The position numbers and the translations under genes are program-made. A stretch of 64,000 bases of DNA from Octopus sinensis (Eukaryota): the NCBI RefSeq assembly GCF_006345805.1, contig NC_043003.1:24428001-24492000 (forward strand), in the 5' to 3' direction. The notes under the pieces are model-generated. The model did no database searches, was not told where the DNA came from, and saw nothing but the letters and a program-made list of their open reading frames with translations. Below, in pieces: positions 26,066 through 38,482 of the stretch. Every line of letters begins with the position of its first letter. Position 1 is the stretch's first letter.

Positions 26066-27299
26066 TAGTACTCCATGGTATTTGAACTCAGAAAGGCAAG
26101 AATCGAAAAATAAATATTGACTCTTTTCAATAAAAAATAATAAAAGTTTTTCTCATTCCTCTAATTCTTAGACGAAACGTTAAATATACTCATTCTCCTC
26201 ACAACTTGACATACATAATTCGTGTATTTTCACGTTAGTCGAAATAACTGTAAATGAAAATAGAAGACGAGTCGCCTAGTCATCTTCCGGTAGATTACCA
26301 ACTACTCTACGCCTACTGTTTTCCTAAAAATAAATGAACTGTTATGTTAAATTGTTATTATATGAGAGACACTAAATGATTAGAGACGTTACATTGCTTG
26401 AATCTTCCTCGTCTGAAAGCCGTCCTAACACCAACACCACCACAACTGTCATCATTACAACAACTACTACTACTGTTTCTTGACTATCACCGATCGGCAA
26501 TTTGTAACACATATAACACGAGGAGAATCGTTCAAATTTGGCGTTCTATCAAACCACCTAACTGCCCCACTGATAATTCAATAGTGTTAACTCTCAGAGC
26601 AACATCACACAGTCTGTTTCCGCTACAATTTGAGCGGATGGGGTGATGAAGGAGCGAGAAGAAAAAAAATCAAAAGACAGACGTGACCAGAATTAACAAC
26701 AGTGCTGTGTACTTCTGAATAAATGGCCAATGTAACAACATTAGTATTAACCACTCGAGTTGATCAACCGAGAATATACAAGAGTCTTCAACGATGTTAC
26801 TGAAACACTTTAAGTAAATTAGCCACTTATCCGTTTAATAGTAATTTTAACCCTATCATACCGCTACTCATTATCTGTTTCAAATGTTGAGCATAATTTG
26901 TCTGTGTTTGATGAAGTAGTTCGCTTCGCAGTCAGATGGTTTTTGAGTTCTTCAATGCAACGCAGCAGTATTTGAAAGAGAAATATCTTCAACCACAGCT
27001 TCATATCTAGTACATCATATCTTCATAGGACATCCATCTTTCATCATCTCTCTTTCTCTCCTTCTCTCTCTCTCCCTATCATATCTCCTTTCTCCCCTCT
27101 TCTCTCTCAATCTCTTTATCTATCTGTCTGTCTATTTACCTAGCTATCTTAATTCCTTTTCCTCTTCTTTATCCCCCACCTTCATATCGTATCCACCATT
27201 CCCCTCTTCCCCCCTCTCTCTCACACACACACACACACATACATACCCTGTTTCCAATCCTGTATATCTCTCTATGCATCGGTATACATTTCTAATTTT

Positions 27300-27430
27300 A
27301 TTTACGTTATTTACATTTGACGGATATTTGCCCCCATCTTGTTTCGGCTGATACACCCTCCAGCCTTCATCAGGTGTCTTGGGGAAATTTCGAACCTGGG
27401 TTCTCATTCCTAAGGTATTTTTCGATATTA
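27300..27430 (-). mobile_element. Penelope-like terminal fragment with a hammerhead core
   Basis: CUGAUGA-A-GGCUG-(10 nt)-CAGCC-GAAAC at 27373-27341; stems I and III not reconstructable in this copy. Confidence 0.5.
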
Positions 27431-27631
27431 TTATTATCATGGTCACTGCCTGGAATCTTAAGTTAGTAGCCCATTGCTCTTAACCACTACACCATATGCC
27501 CGTGAATAATAATAATGATAAAGAAGAAGAAGAAGAAGAAGAAGAAGAAGAATATTACAGTACCATTTGAGCACTAAGGTCAATGTAATTGACAAGAACA
27601 CTCCCCAAACATTTAAGGCTCTGTTTATATA

Positions 27632-27857
27632 CAGTAATCCCACGACTGCCGCGAGTGTTACGCTCCAGAAACCCCCGCGATAAGTGAAAATCTTGGAGGT
27701 TGATACACAACAGTATTGTATATATTTCGTTTCATTTTTATAATTTAAATATATATATATATATTATTATAAATGCAAAACAACACCACGGAGGAATCGG
27801 CGTAAGCTCAAATAATAAACCGCGATAGGTGAACCGCGATATGGCGAGGGATTACAG
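27632..27857. mobile_element. Tigger-like MITE
   Basis: TA|CAGTAATCCCACGACTGCCGCG ... CGCGATATGGCGAGGGATTACAG|TA: imperfect TIRs with a TA TSD; 226 bp. Confidence 0.8.
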
Positions 27858-27860
27858 TAT

Positions 27861-27892
<32 letters not shown>

Positions 27893-28099
27893 TATGTAAG
27901 GCCATGACCTGGCAGAGCTTAGCTGCATTTCGTCTGCCTTTACGTTCTGAATTCAAATACCACCTAGGTCTATTTTGCTTTTCCTCCTTTCAGGTTTGAT
28001 AAAATAAGTATCAGTTAAGCAGTGAGGATCGATATAATCGACTTAATCCCTCCCCCGAAATTGCTGGCCTTGTGTCAAATTTTGAAATCATTATTATTG

Positions 28100-28385
28100 A
28101 GGCGGCGAATGCGGCGAGCTGGCAGAAACGTTAGCACGCCGGGCGAAATGCTTAGCAGTATTTCGTCTGCCGTTACGTTCTGAGTTCAAATTCCGCCGAG
28201 GTTGACTTTGCCTTTCATCCTTTCGGGGTCGATAAATTAAGTACCAGTTACGCACTGGGGTCGATGTAATCGACTTAATCCGTTTGTCTGTCCTTGTTTG
28301 TCCTCTCTGTTTAGCCCCTTGTGGGTAGTAAAGAAATAGGTATTTCGTCTGCCTTTACGTTCTGAGTTCAAATTCCGTCGAGGAA
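28100..28385 (+). mobile_element. SINE family B long-tail copy followed by a partial second unit
   Basis: Full head, core and tail, then AAAGAAATAG|GTATTTCGTCTGCC re-entry at 28339/28340. Confidence 0.9.
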
Positions 28386-28412
28386 TGTGTAGTGGGTAGC
28401 GATATATATATA

Positions 28413-29140
28413 CAGGGTGGCCCAAAAGTAGGTCTACAGTTATTCCACTATCTCTTTCGCATTCATATATTAACAGTTTAGATCTTAATCATAAAAAAAT
28501 ATGTAACCATTATTCTACACAAATTCAGTTAATTTTGTCAAGCTCCCTTTTCAGTTTGTAATTGTTTTATTTTTTGAGGGTTTTTGTTTGTTTGTTTTTT
28601 TATAGGTACAGTAAAGTGTTAGTCACGGCAAACAATTTAAATTAAGAGAAAAGAAAGTGGATACTAAAGCAGTATTTATTTTATTTATATATGCGCCCTT
28701 TTCAAGCCTAGCCAGGCTCATGGGCCCGGTTTCCCGGTTTCTGTGGCGTATGTGTTACCCCCAGCTGGACTGGACGCCAGTCCATCACAGCGTTACTCAA
28801 GAAACATGAAGAAAGAGTGAGAGAAAGTTGGGACGAAAGAGTACAACAGGGTCACCACCACCCCCTGCGGGAGCCTCGTGGACCTTTTAGGTGTTTTCGC
28901 TCAATAAACACAAACACCCGGTCTGGGAATCGAAACCGCGATCCTCTGACCGCGAGTCCACTGCTGTAACCACTGGGCCATTGCGCCTCCACCTAAAGCA
29001 GTATTGGAAGACTGAAAATAACGAGCAGGTCCGCACAGCATGGCAAGAAGCCTTTCACACTCCTCCACCTTCACGCCAGACAATTTATCGGATAAAAAAT
29101 AAATTTGATACGAAAGGTTCATTAAGTAATGCACCAAAAC
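28413..29140 (+). pseudogene. 5' part of a Tc1/mariner (rosa-like) element split by a family C SINE
   Basis: TA|CAGGGTGGCCCAAAAGTAGG terminus; ILKQY|WKTEN...PPSRQTIYRIKNKFDTKGS HTH-like peptide rejoined across the SINE TSD. Confidence 0.75.
28677..28992 (-). mobile_element. SINE family C (head GTGGAGGCGCAATGGCCCAGTGG, V-domain-like tail) with a 13-bp TSD
   Basis: TSD CTAAAGCAGTATT at 28664-28676 and 28993-29005; A-box and B-box (GTTTCGATTCC); (TTAT)n tail. Confidence 0.92.
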
Positions 29141-30129
29141 CTGATGAGAGAAAGAGAGATTTTGCACATAAACAACATTCTTAGACCCAAACAAATTGTT
29201 CACTTATAACTAAAGCCGTATTGTCAAATTGCGTTTGCAGCTACAGTAATTATATGAATATTACTGAACAATTAATGAAGCAACTACTTTACTTTATTAG
29301 AGACTAGCTTAAAGGCTGCATTCTATGTGGATTTTAAGCTGGCTGCTGCTGACTAATTACGTCTGCGGCACAAAACAAGGAAGACCTAAATAGCATAACT
29401 ATGATATATCTATAATGATTATATACCCTGCCGGTGTTTGATCAGACGTTAAGGATGGATGGGTATGTAATCATGCTATTGTTCCAGTCCCAAGTTAATT
29501 CCAAATGCTGGCCAATTTGTCCCAAAGTTCTTATCTACAAGTAAAATTAACGAAGCGAATGTCAATTATCTCCCCCTTCATCTGTGACGTCATCTGACAA
29601 ACTCCAAGTAAGATGGCGTGAGTTAGCTAAGATTTACCTGCTAGAAGTAGCAACCCAAATACTTTTAAATCAGTTTTTCTTTATTTCCTATACATAGAGG
29701 GGACAAACAAGGACAGACAAGGAACATATAAGGGTCAGACACACTCTTTACAAAAGATTAAAAACGAATGGGTTTATAGATATGTATGACGGATGATGTG
29801 AAGTTAAAAATATAGATATTAATATATGTAGATGTACTTATATATATATATATATATATATATTGTGGATTTGGCGATACTTCGTTGTCGTTTATACGCT
29901 GAATACCACAACAGGAAAAGAAAAACAAACCTCAGACTGTTTGATCCACCATTTAAGAAAGCTTTGCGAGGTTATCTTAAATTATAAGGAGTTGCGCGCT
30001 TCCTCTTATATCGTAAGGTCATCTTAAAATATAAGAAAGAGCCGCGCGCTCTATGGTGTCTCACACAAAATATACCCTGTGGCAATTGAAAGTCTTAAAC
30101 CATTCTGTTTGTACGAGAGTGCAAAAGAT

Positions 30130-30640
30130 TGTCAAAATTGTTTAGATTCCCCCAGAATGCAAAGTACCATGTAACTCGTTGCGTGTAGATGTTTGTCAGA
30201 TGTTTGTCGTACACCATCTCTTATAACCCAGATGGAGGATATGTTTTCTTTTTTACTTTCTATGTGCACTACTTGGTGCTCCGTGGTTGGTGGTTGTAGA
30301 GAGGAAGGTTACTTGTTTCTTCTATGTCTCATATGATAGTGTAGCGAATGATATGTTTATTATTTGGCTATCTAGACTTAGCTGCCAATTGGCGTATTTT
30401 GCCTGTTTTCTACAAGCGGTGACATGACCATGCCCGTTCGTGCCAACTGGATGCTTTAAGTCATCGAAACAGACCGATTGCCAGACCAGCAAATGTGTGG
30501 TCTGTTTTGAGCCAACAGATGACTATAAATAAGAAATTTCTTTTCAGATAACTAGAGAAGAGAGAACTGTCATCAGAGATGTTTGCCGCCATGCTTTGTG
30601 TTTACTCTGCACACATCACCATGCACATGCTGCACGGGTA
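30130..30640 (+). pseudogene. Probable piggyBac transposase C-terminal remnant
   Basis: VD..QM...RWR..F.Y pattern followed by Cys-rich KCVVC...VCRHALCLLC; heavily disrupted. Confidence 0.45.
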
Positions 30641-30869
30641 ACAACCAATGTATTTTTCTTAACAGAATTATTCGTACCTTTGGAACACAAGCACCACTAT
30701 ATTCTTTCTCTTTTGTTAGTCTCACATTTTGAAATACTTGCAATTTGCATTTTTACTGCTTATGCTTGTTTCGCTTGATATATTTCGGAAATTAAATATT
30801 TTAATATTCAAAATATACTTCCCATTATTGCATATACTATACGTTAATGCAAACTATAGTGTTTATTGA

Positions 30870-31305
30870 CTGGCGCAGGAGTGGCTGTGTGGTAAGTAGC
30901 CGGCGCAGGTGTGGCTGTGTGGTAAGTAGATTGCTTACCAACCTCATAGTTCTGGGTTCAGTCCCACTGCGTGGTACCTTGGGCAAGTGTCTTTTACTAT
31001 AGCCTTGGACCGGCCAAAGCCTTGTGAGTGGATTTGGTAGACAGAAACTGAAAGAAGCTCGTCGTATATATGTATATGTGTGCTTGTGTTTGTATGCCTG
31101 TGTTTGTCCCCCAACATCGCTTGACAACCGATGCTGGTGTGTTTACGTCCCCGTAACTTAGCGGTTCTGCAAAAGACTCCGATAGAATAAGTACTAGGCT
31201 TCCAAAGAATAAGTCCTGGGGTCGATTAGCTCGACTAAAGGCGGTGCTCCAGCATGGCCGCAGTCAAATGGCTGAAACAAGGAAAAGAGTAAAGAGTAAA
31301 AGAGT
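30870..31305 (+). mobile_element. SINE family A copy with a duplicated ~29-nt head
   Basis: GGCGCAGG.GTGGCTGTGTGGTAAGTAG occurs twice; full body follows. Confidence 0.9.
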
Positions 31306-31780
31306 ATCTTCAAAATGATGACAGCATGAATGGAAAGTACAATGTCAACTTGGAAAGGCAGTTACGAAAGGCTATCAAGACCAAACACCCAGAAAAACTG
31401 ATGAATGGGGTCTTATTTCATTAGGACAATGCTTCAGCTCACAAGTCCTTGGTTTCAATGGCTGCTATACGTGACTGGCTTGGAACTGGTTGATCACCCT
31501 CCCTATGTTAGTGATTTGGTTCCATCAGATTATCATCTGTTTCCCAGCATGGAAAAACACTCGGATGGGCACCAGTATCGATGTGATGATGACTTCTTAT
31601 TTGCAGTTGATGACTATTTTGATCAACAAGATAGTTCCTTCACCAGTGCGATCCAAGCACTGCAACTGCTGATGGAAGCGAGTGGACAGAAAGAGGAACT
31701 ACGTAAAAAAAATTAACTCCATTTAGTCACAGTCCATGTGAGTGTCTTGCTCAGCGTATGAGTATTTCAGTCCACCCTCA
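31306..31780 (+). pseudogene. Mariner transposase 3' remnant with right TIR
   Basis: GVLFH*DNASAHKS...LELVDHPPYVSDLVPSDYHLFP; ends TTTCAGTCCACCCTCA|TA. Confidence 0.85.
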
Positions 31781-32082
31781 TAATAATAAAAACTATTATT
31801 ATAACTGCATTTGTTTTAATGTTCACGTTGAAAAAAATCCTCTTTTCTCGTAAAAAAGAAATTTTGAACCTAGTTTGCACTACCTAAGCAAATTTTGCTC
31901 CCGGGTCACTGCACACATTCACATAGACACACTCAAACATACACACACTCACACACACACAAACACGCACACATAAACACATGAATATGCAGAATACATA
32001 CATACAAACGTACGTACATGCACACACACATACACACATACATGCATGCATGCATACATACATACATACATACATACATACA

Positions 32083-32113
<31 letters not shown>

Positions 32114-32159
32114 GTGTATACACATACACGCTGACGTAGACACATGCGCACAAACGAAA

Positions 32160-32610
32160 ACAACGCGGTTTCGATTCGCAGACTGGGCATTGTGAGTGTT
32201 TATTGAACAAAAACACCTAAGCCCCAGGATGCTCCGGCAGGGAAGGGGTTAACCCCGCTGTACTCTTTCACCACAACTTTCTCTCACTCTTTCTTCCTAC
32301 TTCTGTCACAAAGCAGAGGAACCATGGTGTAACCCACTATTGTGTGGTAAACTTTCAGACCCTAGTCTAGATTGCGAATCCTCTGTACCCCAGGATGGTT
32401 CAGTTCTCCACCCGTTAAAAGCCACCGTTTACGGAATGAGGATAACAACGTAGCTTTCGCGCCCGTGCAACCGCCAGTCTATCGCGTGTGGTGGATGGAT
32501 TTTCAAGTTGCCACACGCATTCTTTGTAGCTTACAGTGGGCTCGAATTAGAGATTATTCTTTGTGGCTAATGGCGTGAGTCCTGATTGGAAGAAGAAGAA
32601 GAAGAAGAAG
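32160..32610 (+). mobile_element. Second copy of the family C head plus third-tail composite
   Basis: Colinear with 20320-20790; ends TGATTGG(AAG)n. Confidence 0.8.
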
Positions 32611-32935
32611 AAGAAGAAGAAGAAGAAGAAGGAGGAGGAGGAGGAGGAGGAGGGGAGAAAAAGAAGAAAAAAAAAAAAGAACAAAAAGAAGAAAAAAGGA
32701 AGAAAAAAGAAGAAAAAGAAAAAAAGAAAAAGAAGAGAAAAAGAAGAAAAAGAAGAAAAAAAGAAGACGAAGAAAAAGAAAAACAAGAAAAGAAGAAGGA
32801 AAAAGAAAAAAAGAAAAAAAAAGAAGAAAAAGAAAAAGAATATGAAGAAAAAAAAGGAGTAGAAGAAAAAGAAGAAAAAGAAGAAAAAGAAAAAGAAAAA
32901 GTAGAAAAAAAGAAGAAAAAGAAGAAAAAATACAT
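32590..32935. repeat. Polypurine (AAG/GAG/A-rich) tract
   Basis: Direct reading; extends from the (GAA)n tail of a SINE. Confidence 0.95.
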
Positions 32936-33572
32936 AAGGAAATGAGTGGAAATTGAACCAGTTAATTAATAAGTCATTAAAACAGAATGACCCTGCCCAG
33001 ACACAAGATATGCTTCAACACACGAATTCACATAAAGAATCTTCCAAACCAAATACAAAAACGAAATGTGTGTGTGTGTGATGTGTGTGTGATGTGTGTG
33101 CACGTGTGCGCCGTGTGTGCGCGGGTGTAGTTATACGCATGGTATTTTCATATCCATCAAACCCGATACAATACACACACGCTTCTATATTACAACACAC
33201 ATATATCGAAACATCTTTACGGCGATATGTGATATATATGTATATAGATAGGTACAACGCTTATAGTGTATGTCAAAGTTATCGTTTTAACGATTTGTAA
33301 TACACAGATACAGCACATATTTTATATCCAAATATCGTTTCATCAAATCGCAGTATGTGGATACTCAATATATTTGAGTGCTCTTAATAGCAAAAATAAA
33401 ATAAGTTCCTAACTATGGATTTATACTACTTCAACTGTTCTACCAAAACCATTCCGAGTCCTTCGAATAATCTCTACATCGTGAAATTACAGGAGAAAAT
33501 CAATGACTAACTTAAACGCATACAGTGGAAAGAGATCTGTTTGAACTCTGACATGGCGTCTCTTCATAAATC

Positions 33573-35486
33573 GGTTAATATAGGGCGTAACAAATATCAG
33601 AAAATCAAAAACAATGTGTGTAATAGGTGTAAAACAACTTCCTATGAACGAATATGAAAAAAAAATTCGCGCACGCGAAAGGGGGGTGGGGGAGAGCCTC
33701 GGAAAATTCACATCGGGAAGTCCGAAAGCGTCTGAGGGGCTGAGCCGGGCACCAAAACAAAAAAAATAGTGTAATATGTGTAAAACAACTTGCTCTAAAC
33801 GAATATGAAAAAAAAATGCGCTCTCGAGAAAGAGGGGTGGGGGGAGGCCTCGGAATATTTATATCGGGAATTTCCGAAAGCGTCTGAACCGGGCACAAAA
33901 ACAAAAACAAAAACAGCGTAATAGGTGTAAAACAACTTGCTCTAAACGACTATCATGAAAAAAATGCGCGCTCGCGAAAGGGGGGTGGGGGAGAGGCTTC
34001 GGAAATTTCACATCTTCAGTCCACGGCCTTTAAACTAAGAAAAAATAGTGTAATTGGTGTAAAACTACTTGTTCTAAACGAGTATCAAGAACACACACTC
34101 ACACATGAATCATAAAATCATATTTCGCAAAAAAAAAAAAATAAGAGAAGAAATTCTGGAAAAAGTGAATAAATGTTGGATCTCCGCCATGTGAATCAAA
34201 ATACGTGTCAGAAACATCTTGAAATACTACAGAAATTATGTTACGAAATGATAATGTATACATACCTCTTTGAGTGGTCCATCGATAATGATGATAAAGA
34301 AATGAGTTGGATTTGAACTCAGAATATTGACTAACACAACTACATACTACAAGACTCAAAATATTCAGCCAAGTCACCACCCTTTAACTAGCAATAATAA
34401 TAACATCAACAACATAACAGCCAAAAGATTTATTTGTTCTGAAAATAACAATCATAGTAAATAATATGTTCTTTAATATTCACATTCATGTGCACAGTTA
34501 AACACACTTACATACAAACAGTCACGCATGCATAATACAAACGGAACACATAAATGAAGGATGCATTACTTAGTATATATTACATCTAGAGAATTTTGAT
34601 TAATAAGTCAAATATGCAAATTATAACGATAATTAATTGCTTTACTAAACAGTGTTGTAAAGGTGAAAAAATAAATTTGGGAAAAAAATACACGCCAAAA
34701 CTAATTAATAAAGGATAATTAGGAAGGATTGACACAAAATAATAATTTTTTCTGTCTCTTTTTTTCTGATAAATGCATCTTAATAAGTGAGAAGAATTGC
34801 ATATATCTGAACTATTTCAAAGAAAAGCATAAATTTAATGTTTAAAATAGCTTTAACCAAGGAATGAGATCCAACATTTCTTCACTTTTTCCAGAATTTC
34901 TTCTCTTTATTTTTTTTTTTGCGAAATACGGAGTTTATGATTCATGTGTGAGTGTGTGTTCTTGATACTCGTTTAGAACAAATAGTTTTACACCAATTAC
35001 ACTATTTTTTCTTAGTTTAAAGGCCGTGGACTGAAGATGTGAAATTTCCGAAGCCTCTCCCCCACCCCCCTTTCGCGAGCGCGCATTTTTTCATGATAGT
35101 CGTTTAGAGCAAGTTGTTTTACACCTATTACGCTGTTTTTGTTTTGTTTTGTGCCCGGTTCAGACGCTTTCGGAAATTCCCGATATAAATATTCCGAGGC
35201 CTCTCCCCCACCCCTCTTTCTCGAGAGCGCATTTTTTTTTGTCATATTCGTTTAGAGCAAGTTGTTTTACACATATTACACTATTTTTTGTTTTGTTTTG
35301 GTGCCCGGGTCAGCTCCTCAGACGCTTTCGGAACTTCCCGATGTGAATTTTCCGAGGCCTCTCCCCCACCCCCCTTTCGCGTGCGCGAATTTTTTTTTTC
35401 ATATTCGTTCATAGGAAGTTGTTTTACACCTATTACACACATTTTTTTTTTTGATTTTCTGATATTTGTTACGCCCTATATTAACC
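33573..35486. mobile_element. Foldback DNA element with ~610-bp modular TIRs and an 8-bp TSD
   Basis: Arms 33573-34184 and 34866-35486 are reverse complements; termini GGTTAATATAGGGCGTAAC; TSD CATAAATC at 33565-33572 and 35487-35494; each arm has about 3.3 copies of a ~150-bp unit. Confidence 0.92.
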
Positions 35487-35571
35487 CATAAATCTATGAT
35501 ATCAAAACATCGAACTGGATCCCGAGAATTAAGGTTCTAAGGCTCTTCGAATCCGATTACCTAGACTTAAT

Positions 35572-35896
35572 TATTTTTATTTACTTATGCGTCCTTTTCA
35601 AGCCTAGCCTGGTTCATGGGCCCGGTTTCCTGGTTTCTGTGGCGTATGTGCCCCCCCCCCCAGCTGGACCGGGACGCCAATCCATCGCAGCGTTACTCAA
35701 GAAACAGGAAGAGAGAGTGAGAGAAAGTTGGGGCGAAAGAGTACAACAGGGGTCGCCACCACTCCCTGCCGCAGCCTCGTGGAGCATTTAGGTGTTTTCG
35801 CTCAATAAACCCACACAACGCCCGGTCTGGGAATCGAAACCGCGATCCTTCGACCGCGAGTCCGCTGCCCTAACCACTGGGCCATTGCGCCTCTAC
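35572..35896 (-). mobile_element. SINE family C with a 13-bp TSD
   Basis: ACCTAGACTTAAT at 35559-35571 and ACCTAGATTTAAT at 35897-35909 (one mismatch). Confidence 0.9.
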
Positions 35897-37179
35897 ACCT
35901 AGATTTAATAGCGAACATTAAATTTCATAAACAAAACAAAAAACGTAAATGTGCCATAACGCAAATTAAGAAACTTAGTGAAGCAATATTTTAAAGGATA
36001 AACAAATGTAGAAGCATGAAGAAAACAGATAAGACACTATGCAAACAGCTACTCAGTAATAACATTATACAAATCTACATTAAAATAGGCATCAACACAT
36101 ATAACAATATAATAATGAAGCTGGGGCGGCGAGCTGGCAGAATCGTTAGTACACCGGCCAAAATGCTTAGCGACATTTCTTACATCTGTACGCTCTGTGT
36201 TCAAATTCCGCCGAGGTCGGCTTCGCCTTTCGGAGTTGATAAATTAAGTACCAGTCGAGCACTGGGAGCGATGTAATCGACGTATCCTCTCCTTCAAAAT
36301 TGTTAGCTTTGTGCCAAAATGAGAAGCCAATATCAATAATATTAATACGCTTTTTGTTTTTTGTACGTACCTGTTGTGTGCGTCACACTTCAAAGAAGTG
36401 GCAAAACGAGAGAGACGAGGACAGAGAGGAAGTAAGTGAGAGAGAGAGAGAAATTGAAGGAGTGAGAGAGAAAGAGAGAGAGTGAAAGAGACAGTGAGTG
36501 GTAACGGCGGTCGTTTTGTATTTTTAAATGTTTATCACATCGCAAGAGGAGTAGATACACAGATACAAAAACACAATGTTAAATCAAAAACAGGAGAGAA
36601 GATGGACACAAAGGAAGTGAAAGAGAAAGAGAGAAAGTGAGAGAGACAGTAGATACATAAATTTAAAGAAAAGTTCATACATAGATACATGCACACAGCA
36701 AATACTGGATGTCAATTTCACTTTTCATTACCACACGACGATGAAATTAACTCACAAATGACTGAGTATTCCACAGACATGCATAACATTAACGTAGTTC
36801 TCGGGGAGATTGAGCCTCACACAGAAAATGACAAGGCTGGCCTTTTGAATTAGAGTTACAACTCGAGACACATATACGAATGTATTTGTGTGTGTGTGTG
36901 TATAGTATAAAATTTATCTCAGTGAGGCTCGAACTCAAAAGAGAGATGTAACTAAACACTTCAGTCAATTCTTTCGACTCACAGTGATACCATAGAAAGA
37001 GAAAAAAGGAATAGACAAGACATGACCAGAAAGAAGAGGAGACACGAGGAACAGAAAGTCATTGAAGAGGAGACACGAGGAACAGAAAGTCATTGAAGAG
37101 GTCACAGAATGTGTAACGAAAAAAAACTGATAAATAAACAAATAATAATAATAGAGCTGAAGTGGAGATTAGTGCTTAT

Positions 37180-37213
<34 letters not shown>

Positions 37214-37440
37214 CACACTTGTACGTGTACATAGATACATACTTTATATATCATCACGTGACCACGTGACCGATCAGACATCAGATGTTGTTACACATCG
37301 CTGGTCACAATGCGTTCGCACTGTTTTAGCCTTTGAATGACGCCACCCCGCTGGCTAAGCGAGCAGGCCAACTTTATATATATACATTTATATATATATA
37401 TATATATAAATATATATATATATACACACATACACACACA

Positions 37441-37630
37441 GACGAAGGAGTTCTGGAAAGTTCCTGGTTTTAAGGATGTCGCGAAAAGCCTGGTTGTCGG
37501 TCCAACCTTCCAAATTCTTTAACAGGGCTCAGAAAAACTGAAGGATTGCTGCAATAAGTATGTAAATCTGAGAGGGGAATATGTTGAATAAAATCATAAT
37601 TAACTGATCCTCCTCCATTTTCTTTTACCC
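37441..37630 (+). mobile_element. Mariner-derived MITE-like remnant
   Basis: CGAAGGAGTTCTGGAAAGTTCCTGG 5' TIR followed by GLRKLKDCCNKYVNLRGEYVE*. Confidence 0.7.
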
Positions 37631-37633
37631 AAT

Positions 37634-37654
<21 letters not shown>

Positions 37655-37665
<11 letters not shown>

Positions 37666-38482
37666 GCCAACTAAGTGTGGCGTCCCATACAGGACAGTGC
37701 TACTGACGTTTATAGCCCCAGGAAGACATCTCCAGCTGGCTAACGACACACATTCTGTGTTCGATTAGTATTTGCGAGGGGAGGTCATCGCTCCCATCTT
37801 ACGTGGTACACACGGACTCGAGTTTCTAGATGGTTACCCGTCCTCGGCGTGTGTTAATCACAAACTAGTGATAAATCCTTTGTTATGATTGAATGATCTA
37901 ACATAGAGAGGACAGCACAGGACGTTACAAACATATAATGTTCAAGAGTTCGTTTAGTTTATGCAGTTAAAAATATAGGATGATTCATATTTGTGCTGAG
38001 TGTTAATTACAATGAATTATTACACGTTGGCCAGGAAGTCCGCTGGCTACACCGTACGAACTTACTATGAATTTAAGCAGGCTCGTTCATTCCCAACTTC
38101 CTCTCCACACCTTTCCATCTTTTCCCGTATACGCTTCGCGACAGGCGTCCCCTCTCCAGCCGTAACTTGCTCTTCAGATGATATCTGAAATAGTACAGCA
38201 AACCAGGGCCGGAGATGAAGGTTCCCTTTGCGACTCCTTTCATCCTCGTTTTCCATATGCACTCTTTCAAAACTGCAACTGTGCATAACAAACTCACTTT
38301 CCTTTGAATCACAAGCTAGTGAAGAAAACTCATTCCACTTACAAAGGTATCCGTGTTTATCAAGTAAGGCTAGAGATGGGAGCGATGACCTCCCCTTTGC
38401 AAATACTAATCGGACAAAGAATGTGTGTTGTTAGCCAGCTGGAGCGTGTGTTAATCACAAGCTATTGATGAAAACTCATTTT
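37655..38482. repeat. Longer relative of the 45-kb hairpin, with ~70-bp inverted arms around a ~570-bp core
   Basis: 37732-37799 is inverted at 38374-38443; CACACGGACTCGAGTTTCT matches the reverse complement of the 45-kb loop; internal direct repeat .TAATCACAA.CTA.TGA three times. Confidence 0.75.

Noticed and set aside
30548-30637. Apparent plus-strand exon TTTTCAG|ITREERTVIRDVCRHALCLLC...|GTAAC with a RING-like look
   Set aside because: No partner exons; upstream KCVVC and VD..QM..RW motifs fit a piggyBac C-terminal Cys-rich domain better.
33620-34090. Regular ~150-bp repeats suggesting a CRISPR-like or satellite array
   Set aside because: Units are contiguous with no unique spacers, the DNA is eukaryotic, and they lie inside transposon TIRs.
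37034-37097. Two tandem copies of a ~30-bp sequence (AAGAGGAGACACGAGGAACAGAAAGTCATTG)
   Set aside because: Ordinary short tandem duplication with no further structure.
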